64,000 bases of DNA from Macrostomum hystrix (GCA_950097015.1 CATNEN010000038.1:12462001-12526000); one strand, 5' to 3'. Shown: positions 37,701-49,200, counted from the stretch's first letter. Notes: generated by a model from the letters alone, not told the origin. Program-made: numbers and translations.

Positions 37701-40700
37701 ACACGACAAGTTTTCTTTTCTGATTCTTGTTTGACTTAATTATTAAATTATTAATTAACTTAGATGTTTACTTAGTCTGAAGCATTGGTTTCTGTGCAAC
37801 GAAGTCGTGAATAAGCCTACCTTCGCATGGGACTAGAACCGGAGTATCTACGGTCTCAGGTGCTTTCGTGGAATATATTCGATTCCCAATCTGATGCCAC
37901 ATTCGCACAGTCCAACCAGTGAAGCCGCAAGTCAGGTTGGCAGAGTTCCACAGACTGCTGGACCCCAAGAACTTGTAGCCGCGTAGTGAAGGGCACTGAT
38001 AGAGAAGGTTGGCGCCGAACGAGTATTTGCTGCCAAGGACACCATGAACTGCGGTTGACAGTGCTAGGGACGGATCGACGTCAGGAATGTTGCACATGAA
38101 AGCTGAAAGAGGAGACGTTGTTTGAGCAGCCTCTTTTCCAGTTTATTTTCTAAGAAATTGCAATATATTAAATGAGCTAAATGAGGACAATGAGCTCTGT
38201 CATTTAGACTCGCTCACGAACGCCAAGGAAATTCACAAATTACAAGAAGGAATTTCATAAAAACTTTTTTCCTTGTCGAATTGGGCACTTGCACAAACTC
38301 GTAAACCGATTTCGCTAAATCGCTAGGCAAAAAACAAAGACTGCAATTTCAGGTCGTAAATAGAACTTATTTCGCTACTACTGCTTACGAATACAGCTGG
38401 GCAGAATCAACGGGTCATCGCCAAGGGACACGGCAGGTAGCCGATTGGCAGGTCGGGTGTCGTTATTGGTGAAGAATGTCTGCGTCCAGACACCGGCCAC
38501 GCAGTCCAGCTGCATCCAGTTAGACCGGTTGCTGTTCAAGAAGAAGGATCCAATGCCAGCGCGGCAGGTAACATTCACCTGGCTGCCAGGAGCATTGATA
38601 GATCCGTTCGAGCGCGCGTAGCTCAGGTATTTCTGAGCGTCGACTGTGAAATTTGGACATGGAGCCTCTGGAAATGTTTTTTTAATTAAAGACAACTTGT
38701 TATATTTGTCTAATTTTTTTAAAAGCCGGCATCCGAATATATTTGCTTTTCTTTCCAAAGCTATGGATATGTATACTTGGTCATTGAAAATGTTTAGGCT
38801 TGCCTGCGCTCTACGGAAAATATGAGGATGACCTTGAGATTCACCCAGTGGTTGTCATGGGCAGCGGACATAGGATAGTTTGCTATTGGTTCCAAGCTAT
38901 CACATGAAAGTATTTTTACAGATAGCGGTGAATCCGAACATCATATGTTCGTGTTTGAAAAAAATACTAATGAAAAAAAATTAACTATCTAAGAATGCGA
39001 TGTTTTCTGTGAAAAAGCTACTGCTCTGAGTTATTGCTAAGGCTTATCAGCTCGCAGTACAAAAATGTGATAAAAGAAAGTGTTTTCTGATAAGTCTGCA
39101 AATCAATGAGAGAAAAAGACAAAGATAAAAGTGCGACGGAGGTGAATTTAAGAGTTGTAGCGAAATTTCAAATTATACGAGCCGTAAGTTCTCGCTTAGG
39201 CAAAGAGCTATACTGCAGAGAATAGAACTTTCAAGATAAAAGTCACTTCACGGTAAGTGACCTGCCAAAATGCTTTGTCAACAACTTCACTTTGCGAAAG
39301 ACTATGGGAGTTTAGAGGTGTGAGATGTGACACTTGAAGCCTTTTCAACGAGCTACCTATTTTATTCTTTGAAGTTCAATAAAAGATGCCGATCGTCTTT
39401 GATATTTCTAAGTTGAACCAGGTGTTGAACTCAAGAACACCTGTTGGTTCCTGCATCGGCTTCACATAGCGTGGCTTCCAAGGACAGTCAGTCCTATGGT
39501 TTCCTTTTTCCTAACATGCATATTAAAAACAGTTTGCATTCTGTCCGTTCGAGCGATTAAAAGTATAAAGGCCCCTGAAGGAAGACCAGGGGTATTTCAA
39601 ATACCCACTGCCTACCTCATGATAGCGCCCAAACCGAATGACCGATTTTAGTGAAATGTCCACCAAATGGATTTAATTTTTCAGCCCTATCTGATAAACT
39701 AACTAACATAGCTCTGTATAAACCTCTATATGTCGAATCAATAGTGGCTCAATAATATACACATGTAATAGTTAACAGTCTAATCAATCAATAAAATCAA
39801 TCAATAAAACTAATCAATAAAATATCGTCGAGACAAATAGCCGACACTTATCCTGTGAAATATTTTGAGCAAAAAATTACGCCTACTCGTATACTGGTTG
39901 CTTTCGCCACCCAAGCAAGAATTGTTGAGTATTTCGAAGTTTCCGATGTTTCGTGATTCTGGAAGTCGCTTCGTCGAATAGAGCGGAAATTGTTAGCGAT
40001 TGGTTGCAAATTTTAGAAGATTTAGAGAAAAGAAAACTATGCGGGTATTTGAAATATACTCCCGTGGTCTTCTTACTGCTAATGTGAACTCTTTATTCGC
40101 ATGGAAGGCATATTACAGTTGGCATATTTTCACGCTTAATTTTTTTGCACGGTACATTTTTTCAGAAGTACTTTTTCTAGAAATTGTGGAATTCTAACTG
40201 CTCTAAAAATGAAGGACTTAAAAACTTGCCTTCACATTGACTCAGCTGCGGTGCTGAAACTGTGGACGCTGGCAGCGAGCCACCAGGTCCAGTCATGACG
40301 ATAGACCAGCCGTTGAATGAGCACGTCATGTTGGCTGAGTTGGCTGAAATCGCATCACCGCTGGCAACCATGCTAGAGAACCTGTAGCCTCTCATTGTGG
40401 GACACTGGTACACTATTTGAGCACCGTATGAGTACAGCTGGTTGTAAAGACCCTTGCTGACAGTTAGAACAGCCAGACTTGGGTGAATTTTTGGAGTCTG
40501 ACACGTGTGAGCTGAAAATAGTTTTACTGTATGGTGCGAATTCCAGCAGCTTACTACTCAATTGTCAACGGTTTGCAAGACTTCATGACTGCTTGCGTTT
40601 AGAAAAAAAATCGCTCATCTAGACAGACTAAAGCAGCTGTGCTTGGGTCAGCTTTATCTCACGCGCAAGTTTGTAAATCAATGACTGGCTGGGAAGGTTC

Positions 40701-41491
40701 CGTGGAGCGGAACTTAATAGCACAGTAAGCAGTAGAATAGGTGCGCTTTAAGAGCTGAGCAACTTTTTGTCGCTTTTGACTTCCGAAGAGTCGGTAGAGA
40801 AGCTTAAGTCCCTTCTCTAGCTAATAGGCTTACCAACTTCAGCATTAATTATTCTGTCTCTTCTATGGAGAATATTTTTATGTATTTTTTGCAGGATTTT
40901 TAACATCTAATATTGATCCAAAAATATCTCCAGATGAAATTTCTGATAGAATTAGTCAAAATGCTCACGGAGGCAGTCAGGCAGTACAGGAGCTGAGTCG
41001 CCCAGAAACACGTCTTGAAACCACATTTGAGGCCGAGTGTCATTGGCGATGAAGTACTTCTGAGTCCAGGTGCCACGCAGGCAGTCGAGCTGCATCCAGT
41101 TGGGCTTGTTGGTGGTGTTGAAGAATGACCCAACACCGGCACTGCAGGTAATTTTTACCTGACTGCCGTTGGAGTTTAGGGATCCACCAGTACTGGGCGT
41201 GGATGTCAGGTATTGCAACGGGTCAGCGCTGAAGTTGGCACATGACGCTGTTGGAAGTTGGGAAATTATTGAATTGAATTAATTGGTGCCAATTTAAAAC
41301 AATGCAAAGGCTTTATTTAAAAGTTTCTTTTCCAGGTGCGCGGAATACACTCGTACATTTGCTGACAAAATATTCTTACCACCATCGGCCATTGCAGGCA
41401 GAACCAAAAGGTTCGAAAGCAGCAGGAGCAGCAGAAGCAGCAGCAACAGCGAGGTCTGGCTGATAAGCATTTTGCAGCCAACTGTTTTCAT
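3306..41491 (-). CDS. Gene B: multi-exon giant extracellular mosaic protein (signal peptide, 6 CCP, repeated WSC/fibrinogen-N-like/CTLD modules, discoidin-like segment, split WSC, ~17 CCP); 3' end not located
   Basis: A chain of ~47 minus-strand ORF segments bounded by yAG/GT sites, each encoding Cys-patterned extracellular modules. The first exon is hydrophobic (MLISQTSLLLLLLLLLLLSNLLVLPAMADG). Exons translated by hand had no stops or frameshifts. Confidence 0.85.
5300..5625 (+). mobile_element. 5'-truncated, diverged 3' fragment of the same LOA-type family
   Basis: Aligns by eye with 32825-33205. ATGGGCGACCCTCGCCTCCCCGCT matches ATGGGCGATCCTCGCCTCCCCGCT, and GGCAACAAGAAGAACAACGGTCTTCC matches GGCAACAAGACGAGCCACGTTCTTCC. 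Confidence 0.8.
6512..6712. repeat. 10-bp minisatellite (CCTTGGTATC)x~20
   Basis: Direct reading; explains the spurious PWYPLVSLGI ORF. Confidence 0.95.
7555..7672. repeat. 7-bp tandem repeat GGATCT(G/A)
   Basis: Direct reading; alternating GGATCTG/GGATCTA units. Confidence 0.9.
9043..9580. mobile_element. Non-autonomous TIR element (MITE family 1), copy 1
   Basis: Termini CAGTAGAAAGAC...GTCTTTCTACTG with subterminal GGG(T/C)ATTT(C/G)AAATACCC. Internal sequence is shared with the copies at 25.4, 39.6 and 60.9 kb. Confidence 0.8.
11537..11689 (+). mobile_element. Possible hAT transposase C-terminal (dimerisation domain) relic
   Basis: Translates LELYIDEFPKRSRDPLNHWK...VAELTTRAI, resembling EL..YL.E....DPL.WWK....LA.LA. 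Short and stop-interrupted. Confidence 0.3.
12124..12478 (-). mobile_element. SINE family B copy
   Basis: Reverse complement of the 57706-58040 pattern, including GACTTTCTCATCGTCAGGCAGTG and an AATAATAA tail. Confidence 0.8.
13790..14670 (+). mobile_element. Decayed 3' fragment of a LINE (RTEX/L2-like ORF2 C-terminus)
   Basis: Translates to ERVNIRCCKAILQV...LGRLSL..SISYW, FRLGNHKLACETSR and VENEVYLLFKC..Y..AR. These match the post-RT and C-terminal zinc-motif pattern of such LINEs. Confidence 0.65.
14785..19077 (-). CDS. Gene B discoidin-like segment followed by WSC N-half, inserted CTLD-like exons and WSC C-half
   Basis: Exons read: YPGVGAFFTPKTVMFQRPLVTDSLQI (18.6-18.77 kb); YLGCYY..CVDACRSWGLPYAMLQ (18082-18249); CGSRHWHY..GGCL..LCQEIGG..PMICYK (16.0-17.0 kb); CFCAVDY..CSTKC..C..VHRTW (14785-14916). 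Confidence 0.7.
15010..15831 (-). mobile_element. Internally deleted Tc1/IS630-like DNA transposon
   Basis: ~105-bp near-perfect TIRs starting TTGCTTTTGTCGCGCTATGTGGAACAGTGGACATG. TA flanks at 15008-15009 and 15832-15833. Residual DDE C-terminus FQEFLDHL...IVFMDGSNIH...LPPYSQFLNPTE. Confidence 0.9.
16255..16485 (-). mobile_element. SINE family A copy (degenerate)
   Basis: GCAGCTATTGCGCGGTGCATCTGAAGCCTGCGTACGACTGTTCAG..AGCTGGGTGAACTGAAGC matches 2860-2980. Confidence 0.72.
19481..36190 (-). CDS. Gene B central lectin block: WSC domains alternating with short fibrinogen-N-like motifs and C-type-lectin-like domains
   Basis: WSC patterns (Y.GC..., C...C....YA...., C.C, C...C.G....CG) at ~36.0, 35.0, 26.5, 24.1, 22.3 and 19.9 kb. 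CTLD patterns (CEPGWLQLNSTCY..A..FC....A.LA..FWVGL..FCEK; CSDGWYGFRDACY) at ~34.1+27.1, 24.3-24.9, 23.3+22.6 and 21.2-21.6 kb. Confidence 0.8.
20069..20838. mobile_element. GC-rich composite repeat element with inverted terminal motifs and internal tandem arrays
   Basis: CTATACGCCCC motifs at the left end versus multiple GGG(G)CGTATAG at the right end. It contains an ~95-bp direct duplication (20200-20375), a 20-bp array and a 103-bp tandem unit (~2.4 copies). Confidence 0.6.
20386..20559. repeat. 20-bp minisatellite (TGCCCCAGCAGCTCCGCTCC)x~8.5
   Basis: Direct reading; near-perfect copies. Confidence 0.95.
22783..23040 (-). mobile_element. SINE family B copy (5'-truncated)
   Basis: GCAGCCAGCGAGGAGGCAATTCTG..CCCTGACTTTCTCATCGTCAGG..GGCCCTCAAGGGCGT. 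Confidence 0.8.
25385..25697. mobile_element. MITE family 1, copy 2 (internally shorter)
   Basis: AGAAAGACCAGGAGGGGCATTTAAAATACCC ... GGATATTTGAAATAGCTCTGTGGTCTTTCTACTG followed by TTAA. Confidence 0.75.
27942..29355 (+). pseudogene. Retrotransposon ORF1 (broken into at least 3 frames)
   Basis: Basic, low-complexity N-terminus (RNQRRNERRRRQRER) continuing through frame hops at ~28.5 and ~28.7 kb, directly upstream of the APE start at 29453. Confidence 0.7.
29453..33100 (+). pseudogene. Retrotransposon ORF2 (APE-RT-RNase H-CCHC), multiple frameshifts and stops
   Basis: Motifs are spread over successive ORF-track frames 29453, 29692, 30165, 31270, 31575 and 32770, plus the intervening RNase H frame. 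Confidence 0.88.
33596..33748. repeat. Unclassified dispersed repeat (related pieces at ~17210-17298 and ~6290-6325)
   Basis: GGTGACCAC..GAGATGATG(C/T)AGGCACATT(C/T)GGGTG..GGCGCAGTGCT(A/T)ATTCGT is shared with 17.2 kb. AAGGTCCAG..TCCG(T/C)CTAGATAAA is shared with 6.3 kb. Confidence 0.55.
34286..34705. repeat. 16-bp minisatellite (TCACGTCATTCTATCC)x~25
   Basis: Direct reading; the 48-nt periodicity gives the LTSFYPHVILSSRHSI ORF artefact. Confidence 0.95.
35365..35672 (+). mobile_element. SINE family B copy
   Basis: CGCGTTTGCCTCTCGCACCAATGTCCCTGAGCTCG..TGACGATGAGAAAGTAAGGGCAG..GCAATTATTAT. Confidence 0.78.
36637..41247 (-). CDS. Gene B N-terminal block of 6 Sushi/CCP exons (CCP1/CCP3 and CCP2/CCP4 are a duplicated pair)
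   Basis: GSQVKITCSAGVGSFF..NWMQLDCLRGTWTQ (41.1 kb) matches GSQVNVTCRAGIGSFF..NWMQLDCVAGVWTQ (38.5 kb). YQCPTMRGYRF..ANMTCSFNGWS (40.3 kb) matches YQCPSLRGYKF..ANLTCGFTGWT (37.9 kb). Further CCP-like exons lie at ~37.0-37.2 kb and ~36.6-36.8 kb. Confidence 0.75.
39580..40078. mobile_element. MITE family 1, copy 3 (opposite orientation)
   Basis: GAAGACCAGGGGTATTTCAAATACCCACTGCCTAC ... GGGTATTTGAAATATACTCCCGTGGTCTTCTTACTG. Confidence 0.75.
41380..41491 (-). CDS. Gene B first coding exon: signal peptide
   Basis: MKTVGCKMLISQTSLLLLLLLLLLLSNLLVLPAMADG followed by donor G|gtaaga. It joins in phase to the CCP exon whose acceptor is ccaacag| at 41247. Confidence 0.8.
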
Positions 41492-43020
41492 AACTCGCCT
41501 AACTTATACTGTAGATTTCTTATGCAAGATCCGTTTGAAATATTTTATAGAGCATCCGAGTTATCAAACTCGAAACTTTTTTTAATTCCCCTGAAAAGCT
41601 CCCTGTCTTATGCAGGATAATTCTAGTCTCTGTTTCGAAACTAACTCCATTGGCCATGCTGCTTGAACCAATGAGGATTGAACATTTTGAGGCTTCTCTC
41701 TCATCTCCGTCATTCCATCCACGAGTATTGCTCTTGTCTGTATAGGAGAAACAGTAGGCCATGTTGCTATGATAAACAAAACAATGATTATTCGTGTAAA
41801 AAAACTTAAAAAACCCACGCCCTTCCCGATGTTAGGCATCGCTTATTCTATGGAATATTTATATTCTCAAAAAACTAGAACACATGTCGCATGGTCTGTT
41901 AAGCGCTCAGGTGGACTAGTGACACACAGACTAGTAGACTAGTGACTGAGACACACATCGACTTGTTCGGACTGGTTTAGCATTCACGGGATCAGCTTCT
42001 GGAATTGACATTTTTTAAGCAGGCGTCATCAAACCCTTAATACAATTGAGGTTCTGCTTTGGAAATAATATCAGTGAAATCGCAGCCATTGCTGATCGGA
42101 TGCTTAGTCCGGAAGCCATCAGCAAATAAATCATAGGGGCATACCCTTCAAATTTGCTTTCTTTCTCATAGCCAACTCATAGCCAACTTTGCGATATTAA
42201 GGAAAAAAAACGCCCTTTACACAATAAGACTAATGTGAAAAATTGGTCTTTCAAAGATAAATGGTTAGATTTTTTAGATGTCTTAATCACACAGAACGTC
42301 AGCCAACATCACTGAAAGATAATATTTTTCATCGAAATCAGCTATTAGGAGTGACAGCAAGCTAGAATTTCTTTCAAGATAGAACCAAACACCATAACGA
42401 CGAGAGGGCAAGTATTTGAGCAGAGACAATCGCGATGGAAAACTTTTTTAGTCACAAAACGAATCCACAGCTCAAGAGTTCTTAAAGCCTAAGAGCTTTC
42501 AAAGCGTTTTTGTTCCACTGTGTGCGCGTTCGTGTGTGTTCCACTGTCGCATTCCTGTTGGCTGATTTTAACGATGTTACCTGCCCCGTGCTACCTTACA
42601 AAGGGCGTTTTGATTTCAAAGCTGAACATTTTAGAGAGTTTGATGTGGAGTGTACTTCGGAATCGAGTGGGGTTGTGAGCCAGCCTAATTTTTCCAATTT
42701 TTAGCAAGTCAATAATCGCGACCCACATAGCAGCTGGCCGCAGAACACCATCATTAATCTTAGGGCCAGACATTGGGCGGAGGTGAATTAAGTAGCCGCC
42801 GATTCCCTTTGTCTCGGATCTGTCTAGTCCCCTGTAGGAGTGACTGATCGCGGAAATAGCAATACTGTATGGACTAGTTTAGGTCATAATTCCCCTCCAA
42901 GCCGCGATCAGATTGTCGGGATCACTCATGCGTTTAGAGTGAGCTTTAATTCTTCATGTCCCTCTTCTTTACTGTAACCCGAGCCGGGGCTCGATTATGA
43001 CCTTTCCCCCTTTAGATACA

Positions 43021-44400
43021 TGTAACGACACTATAGGCAGGTCGGCGCCTGCGCTTCCCATATCCCGGCGGGATCACAATCATTGGCCGACTGCCGGCAG
43101 ACGCTCCTAGTGGGGCATCTGGCGATTCTCGCCGCCGCTTCAGTGGGCAATTGGGGTGGCATAATGCCGACCCGATTCCTCGCTGACAGGCCGGCGAGCA
43201 TGTGGGTTATTTTGATGAATGCGAGGTTGGCGGAGCTGCAGGACTATTTAAGAGAGCGCGCTGCGCTGCCCCTAGGACAACCTTCCCAGGACACCTTTAA
43301 CCTTCCCTCCACCCTGGACTAAAACCTACCCCCCTCCTGTCTGGTCCCGGAACACGGTCCGTGGACTCTCCCCCTTCTAGGCTAGCACTTAGTCCCTGAG
43401 CCTAAGGCTCCAGAGCGTAGCAGCAGGCAACTACCTGCTAGTGCCCTTAAGCGCAAGCCACCTCCTTAGGTGCGCTCCAAATTGAGCCTTGAGCTCCCTG
43501 CAGTCTGGCCCCTTGCCAACTGTACTCAGCAATCCCTCACCTTTTCTCCCGTTCATTTGCATTCCCCCGCGAGATCGACGGCCTGCAGCCTGTCAACCAG
43601 CGTAGTCAGATAAGTAACCCGCGCAGCGGACTTTTATTGCTATCCCTAAGGGATTTACTATTTAGCTAGTGGGTAAAAAGGGCAAGGGCAGGGATTTGAT
43701 TTAGCCTAATAAAACTATTAAATCACAGCTTATCTAACTTATTGGGCAACTTAATAACAACTTAAATCCTTTTTACTATGCATTTCACTTTCTCTTATTT
43801 TATCGTTAGACAGCCCTCGATCATGAGTGGCTAACTTATTAGGGGGATGGGCTCTGGTGATGCCTAGCTGAAAGCTGCGGCAGGAGGATAACTGTGAGCG
43901 CGCATGAGAGTAATAAGGAGCTAGGGATTTGCGAGTAATATGCGGAGCGTAGCATGTGTTTCTCTGCTAGGGGTGGGGGAATTCCTTGGCGGGTTTTTCC
44001 TCTCTTTCTGGCAGATCAAGGAGTGCGTGTCAACCTCCCTTGTCAATTAATGTTTCCCTTCTGTTCCCCGCCTCTCGCTGCCGCCGCCATGGGAGCGAGG
44101 GGTGTGATCTAATAATCACCGCTTGCATAATCACTCAGCCAGTGCTCTGCTCAATCTCTCCTGCCTCTGATTTCCTCATCTCACACAGATTCGGATTTGC
44201 TAGTTATTTAATGTGTAGGCTGCAATCTAATGTAAGGAATGTGTCTAATGTCTCATGAGTAGGATTCTGGCTATGGATTTCTCATTCGGGTTCGGAGTAC
44301 CACCTTTCTAGACCACTGTAGCGCAGTTTCAGGAATCCCCTTGTGAGGCGTGACTCGATCCATTCTGGGGTTCTCACCCTAGTCTAAAACGGAAGTTACA
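43021..44400 (+). mobile_element. Candidate solo LTR
   Basis: TGTAAC...GTTACA termini, TATA-like TATTTAAG at ~43245 and AATAAA at ~43708, non-coding and more GC-rich than its flanks. No TSD was found. Confidence 0.4.
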
Positions 44401-46265
44401 GAATGCTCTATTTTTCGGCTTGTCTAAGATCTGTGTGACAAACTGGGAGCCGCGAGCTCCGGGGACCCAAGTTCCCAAATGTCTGCGGTGGCAACGTAGG
44501 CGCATTGGGTGGTGGCGCTACCTTCGATCATTATCCGCTTTGCCGATAGCCTTTCCGCATTTCTAAGACAAGAGCCTAGGCCGAGTCGACCACTGCTACC
44601 AAAGTTAGGAGTCAGTTACGAACATGCTACTGATGACAGTAGGCTATCTAGCCCTGTCCTATTCGCTTGCGGGTAGTCCGACATCTATTTAGACTTTTAG
44701 CCGGTTTCGAGCACTGCTTGGGGTGGGCACGGCAGTCATGCCTGTGGCCTATGGGTTGGGTGGGACTGGCCAGCCTGAGGCCAATAGGACCACTCACTTG
44801 CATCCTTTGTACCGCCTCATCTCTCCCTTCATCTCTCCCTTCATCCCTCCCTTCGTCATCCCTCTCTGCGACAACTCGCGGCAGCAGCGATCGACCTCCG
44901 ACTCTATCGTCGTTTTCCACACTCCTATCTTTCATGAGGGCGGTCATCGGCTAGCAAAAGACCCGCAACTATTTCAAGTTCAAATATAACTTTGTTATTG
45001 ATAGAATTACAATCGCTTTAGGTTGTAGTTAGCAAATTCACAATGCAGGAACCCTCGTATGTGTTTAGCCCAAAATAAGCCCGAGAAAATTCAAAATTTT
45101 TCAGAGCATGAAACAAAAAAATTTTGAGATTTAACAAAATTTCAAGCGATAAGTCTCCGCATTTTTTGTATATTTAGGAAAGTCCGCAACAAAATTTATT
45201 TAGTTAAATGAACAGCAGGAAGAAAGCTGTAATATACGACCAAGTCAATTATTGGACTACCAGTCTAAAGCTTTTGCATATACTCGTACAAGTACAAATG
45301 TTTACAATCTGATATTGTTTAAGAAAATATTTCTCACCTTAAACTTACGCTACAGAAGACACCTTGCAATTTACCATGTACTAGATTTTTTAATCCGACA
45401 AAAAGGTATAGGCAAAGGGCAGAGATTCTGTTGCATTTTCTTACCATTCTATTTGCAACTTTGATGGCACGCAGCCTCTCCGGAACGCATGCGCTATCAA
45501 GCTCTCGATCGACATCCAGGTTGCTGAAATCTTTCTTTATGATAGATGATAGTTGATAGATTTTGTTCTAAAGTAACGAGCACTGTCATTGCGACCACGG
45601 GCCGTCAAGTGCCTTTTTCTAGTCCTGGTGCTCCACTGAGGCTTAGCAACTCGGAGCAGAACGGTTTAATGCTTTGATGAATCCCATGTGTGACGACGTG
45701 ATGGAAATGGTTGGAATGGACACCTTACCTAGTTGGGCCAGGTGTACAGCAATTAGGCCGCCACACCCACCCCTATCGCTTTGTGAACTGAAGCAATGGG
45801 TAATTGAGTAGTGCCTTGCTCAAGGCACTTAGTTGGACAAGTTCTGTCTTTAGTTCGATAAGATCACTGACAACTGGACAACTCGTTTTTGAGACAGTGG
45901 GCTAGACCTCCGATTCTGCTGTGCCTAAAGATGCTGTTTCAAAGATGCTGAATTGGCTGTTTTATCTCGCTTCAACACGCTACAGGCGATTGCGTCGCAA
46001 GGGTACATGTGAAGGCCAAGACGACCGATTGAGGCAGGCGTCTCAGACCTTTTTCGTTGAGTCGATGTCACAGCCCCTGCTGACCTGACTTTTGTTGTTC
46101 CAGAGCGCAGTCGCAATTTTATTATTTCAAGATGAAGAATAGGAAGACAGACCTTTCTTAGAGAGTCAGGCAAGAACTTACAGAAAGAGTGTAAAAATAG
46201 CAACAGAAAGCAGTAGTTCTTTCACCTGCGTGAAACCCAGTTTTTCAATTCAAGCAACTACTTAC

Positions 46266-49200
46266 AGCTGAAGGTAGCTGGCACAGACGTCCAGTAGCCG
46301 TTAGAGTCACTGTCACTGCTAGTACACATAGAATAAGCCTCGGTGGTGTTGATGCCGACGAATAAGCGCCCATTATAGGCTACGAATTGAATGACGTCAA
46401 AGGTGCGGTACTTATTAGACGGCTCCAACAAGTTAAAATCGGCGAGAGAGGCGCCGAAAATCAACGGGGGCAGTCGGCACAGCTGGCCTGTTTTAACAAA
46501 TGTTTGTGTAAGTTCACATTTCTTAGTTCTAGTGTGACCTTCATTTAAGGCTTTGGCCTGAAAGACGGTAAATATAAAATTTATTACTTCAATTAGCTCA
46601 GCTGAATGTAATTTGACAACCACACAGTGGAGCGGAAATTCGCCTGTCAAGCACTGATTTCTGCTCACTAAAAATGAAAAAATCCAATGGCAGACTTGAG
46701 CTAAGAAGCTGATTGTCTCACGAGAGCACAAGCATTGGAGAATGTCGCTTTTTGTATGACTTATAGTTTGAATGATGACAAATTGTCTACATCACAGCAG
46801 TTAATCCTGTGTTCAACCTATTTTAAATCCTGTGTGAAATAATAATATAATATAATATGACGTACTTCGTTATAAGGTATAATATGAATACTATACCTAC
46901 TTTGTTTAAAGAAAATATCAATGAAAATCGTGTGCAGAAGCTTTCAATGGTTTGGTGAAAAAATCACGACGATTAAATGTGATTATTTTGTTTTTGCCCT
47001 TTATTGGAATTAATAAAAACAGAAAGTGCTATTCAGTGTTACTCTCCTCTAGTCAAATGGCTAAATCAGTATTTTGAAAATCAGAAATTAATTATTTTGA
47101 AAGCATTGAAGTTATCCACAGACTCAAAATATGCCAAAACAGGTTTCAGGTATTGTCGTAGTTTGTCAATCCTAAAATCCTAAAATTGGAGCTACTTGCG
47201 GTTTGGATTAAAATAAGGACAATAGAAAATAAATATAGGCTTTACGATTTAATGATAATTTATGATTTAGTAACTGTACTTTCATATATTTAAATATGAT
47301 TTTACTGTAAAACTTTTCTCGAACAAACATTTTGGTTCTGAGACCATTATTCGTAGTTTAACAATAATGAGAATATTAACATTATGGTTAGATATTCGCA
47401 CAGTGAGGTGAGTGTTTGAGGGTCTAACGCATTTGCCTCTCGCACCTAGGTCCCTGAGCTCGATACCTCGGTGCAATTTACGCCCTTGAGGGCCACTCGC
47501 CAAGGCACAGTGAGGCACAAGGTACAGTGCCTTACGACGAGAAAGTCAGGGCTGATGTACACACATGCGTGAGCGTATGTCTGCGTACAGTATCTGTGTG
47601 TGTGTGGGCTCATTAGTCTGCGAAATGCTCGGAATACCTCCTCGCTGGCTGGGGGTCTAGTGTCGCAAAATAATGCGCCATTGCTCGCAAGCTTACTTAC
47701 GCAATTAGTATTTTTTATCAATTCGCACACAAAACCGCGGGCTGCACTCACGTTCGCACAGCCGATAAGGCGTCCAGGTCCCATTAGGCTGGCAGAGTGC
47801 AAAGTCTGGAGCTCCGCGGGACATTCGGAGTTGAGGCGGGCAGCTCAAGCCAACTCGAGTTCCGACGGGCACTCTGCTCTCATTTTGACTGGCGGCCGGT
47901 TGCGTCACACTGAGCACAGGTACTGTTAGGTTGCGATAGCTGGCTATCAACGCGTTCTCACTGATAACTGGTACAGTGTAGCGTTGCTCGTTAGCAGGCA
48001 GTAGATCACAGGTTCTAGCTGTACGATCGATTGAAAGCTTTTTGTTATGATAAATTGTCTTCGAAAAATGAGCGCTAATTTAAATTACAACAAAGCTAGT
48101 CAGCTCGCAGAGCGCCTGATTGGTCAATGACTCACAGCTGCAACCCCGTCGCCACTGGCTAAAGTTGCTCCACTGACCGTCTGTCTGACAGACGGAACGA
48201 AACTCTGTCACCGATGGTGCTTCCAGGAACACTTGGGACGTCGAGTCCTTACAGCGAACAGTGACGGACTGGTTTAACGAGCTCGCATTGACCGTCAGAG
48301 AAATGTTAGGAATTGAGGACAGTTCCTGGACGCACTCATTTGCTGAAATAGTTTTTCAATGCTTAGAAAAACAAAGTAGCAGTTCAGAAACTTTAGAACT
48401 AATGTGAAAGAATAGTGAGCAACAAACTCACTCCGCATTGAAAGCACGTCTGTCCAGTATGGCGTGACGCTCGACTCATTGAACAGACAGGTGCTGAACC
48501 ACCAGCTGGCGTTGATTACTGTGAAAAAGAATCCATCGACGGCTTCATAGAAGACGCTGTCAAAGAGCCGGAGCTGTTGATCCGCCGGTTGGTTTTTGAA
48601 GTGACGTCTGATTCGTGCATAGTTTGGCATTGGTGGCGGAGGGCAGGCGAGTCCTGTTTGGGTTTGTTGCTGTTTGCAGATGAACGAAATAAATGGATAT
48701 TTTTTACATTCGGGATCTGAGGAATTCACGTTTGTTCATGCTGCCTAAAGTTATGCTGACTGAGCTTGGGAGCTTGTAGTCCAGTGGTATGAAGTGCAAC
48801 CTCTCTAAAGCAACTTGTGTCCCTGAGGAAGACAATAATTCCATATTTTCTTTCGTACCCCCAGATGCTTAATGGGTACCAACATAAGCTGGGTTAGAAA
48901 CTAGTTGAGTGTGGTATCCCCTGTTCCATCGACTGATCAGCTGTACACGCAACATTTCGCGGCTGTTGCGGCTGTGCCAATCGCTGCACATACGAGTGGC
49001 ACAAAAAGGCAGTTCAGAATTTGTTTCCGTGATTGTGTTGACATTAGAGAAAAACTTTTTGCATCGATTAGCTGTTTCAGTTAGAAGCAACCGCTACTTA
49101 CTGACACAATACTGATAACCCGACCAGCTCCTGTTAGCCTGACAATGAATCGTTGTCGGTGCCGCATCAGGAAGGCTGTGCGTTCTGGGACAAACCAGGT

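Noticed and set aside
41520-41762. ORF with C..GWND..C resembling a CTLD end
   Set aside because: It lies upstream of the signal-peptide exon, has no convincing splice sites or other CTLD motifs, and is probably chance.
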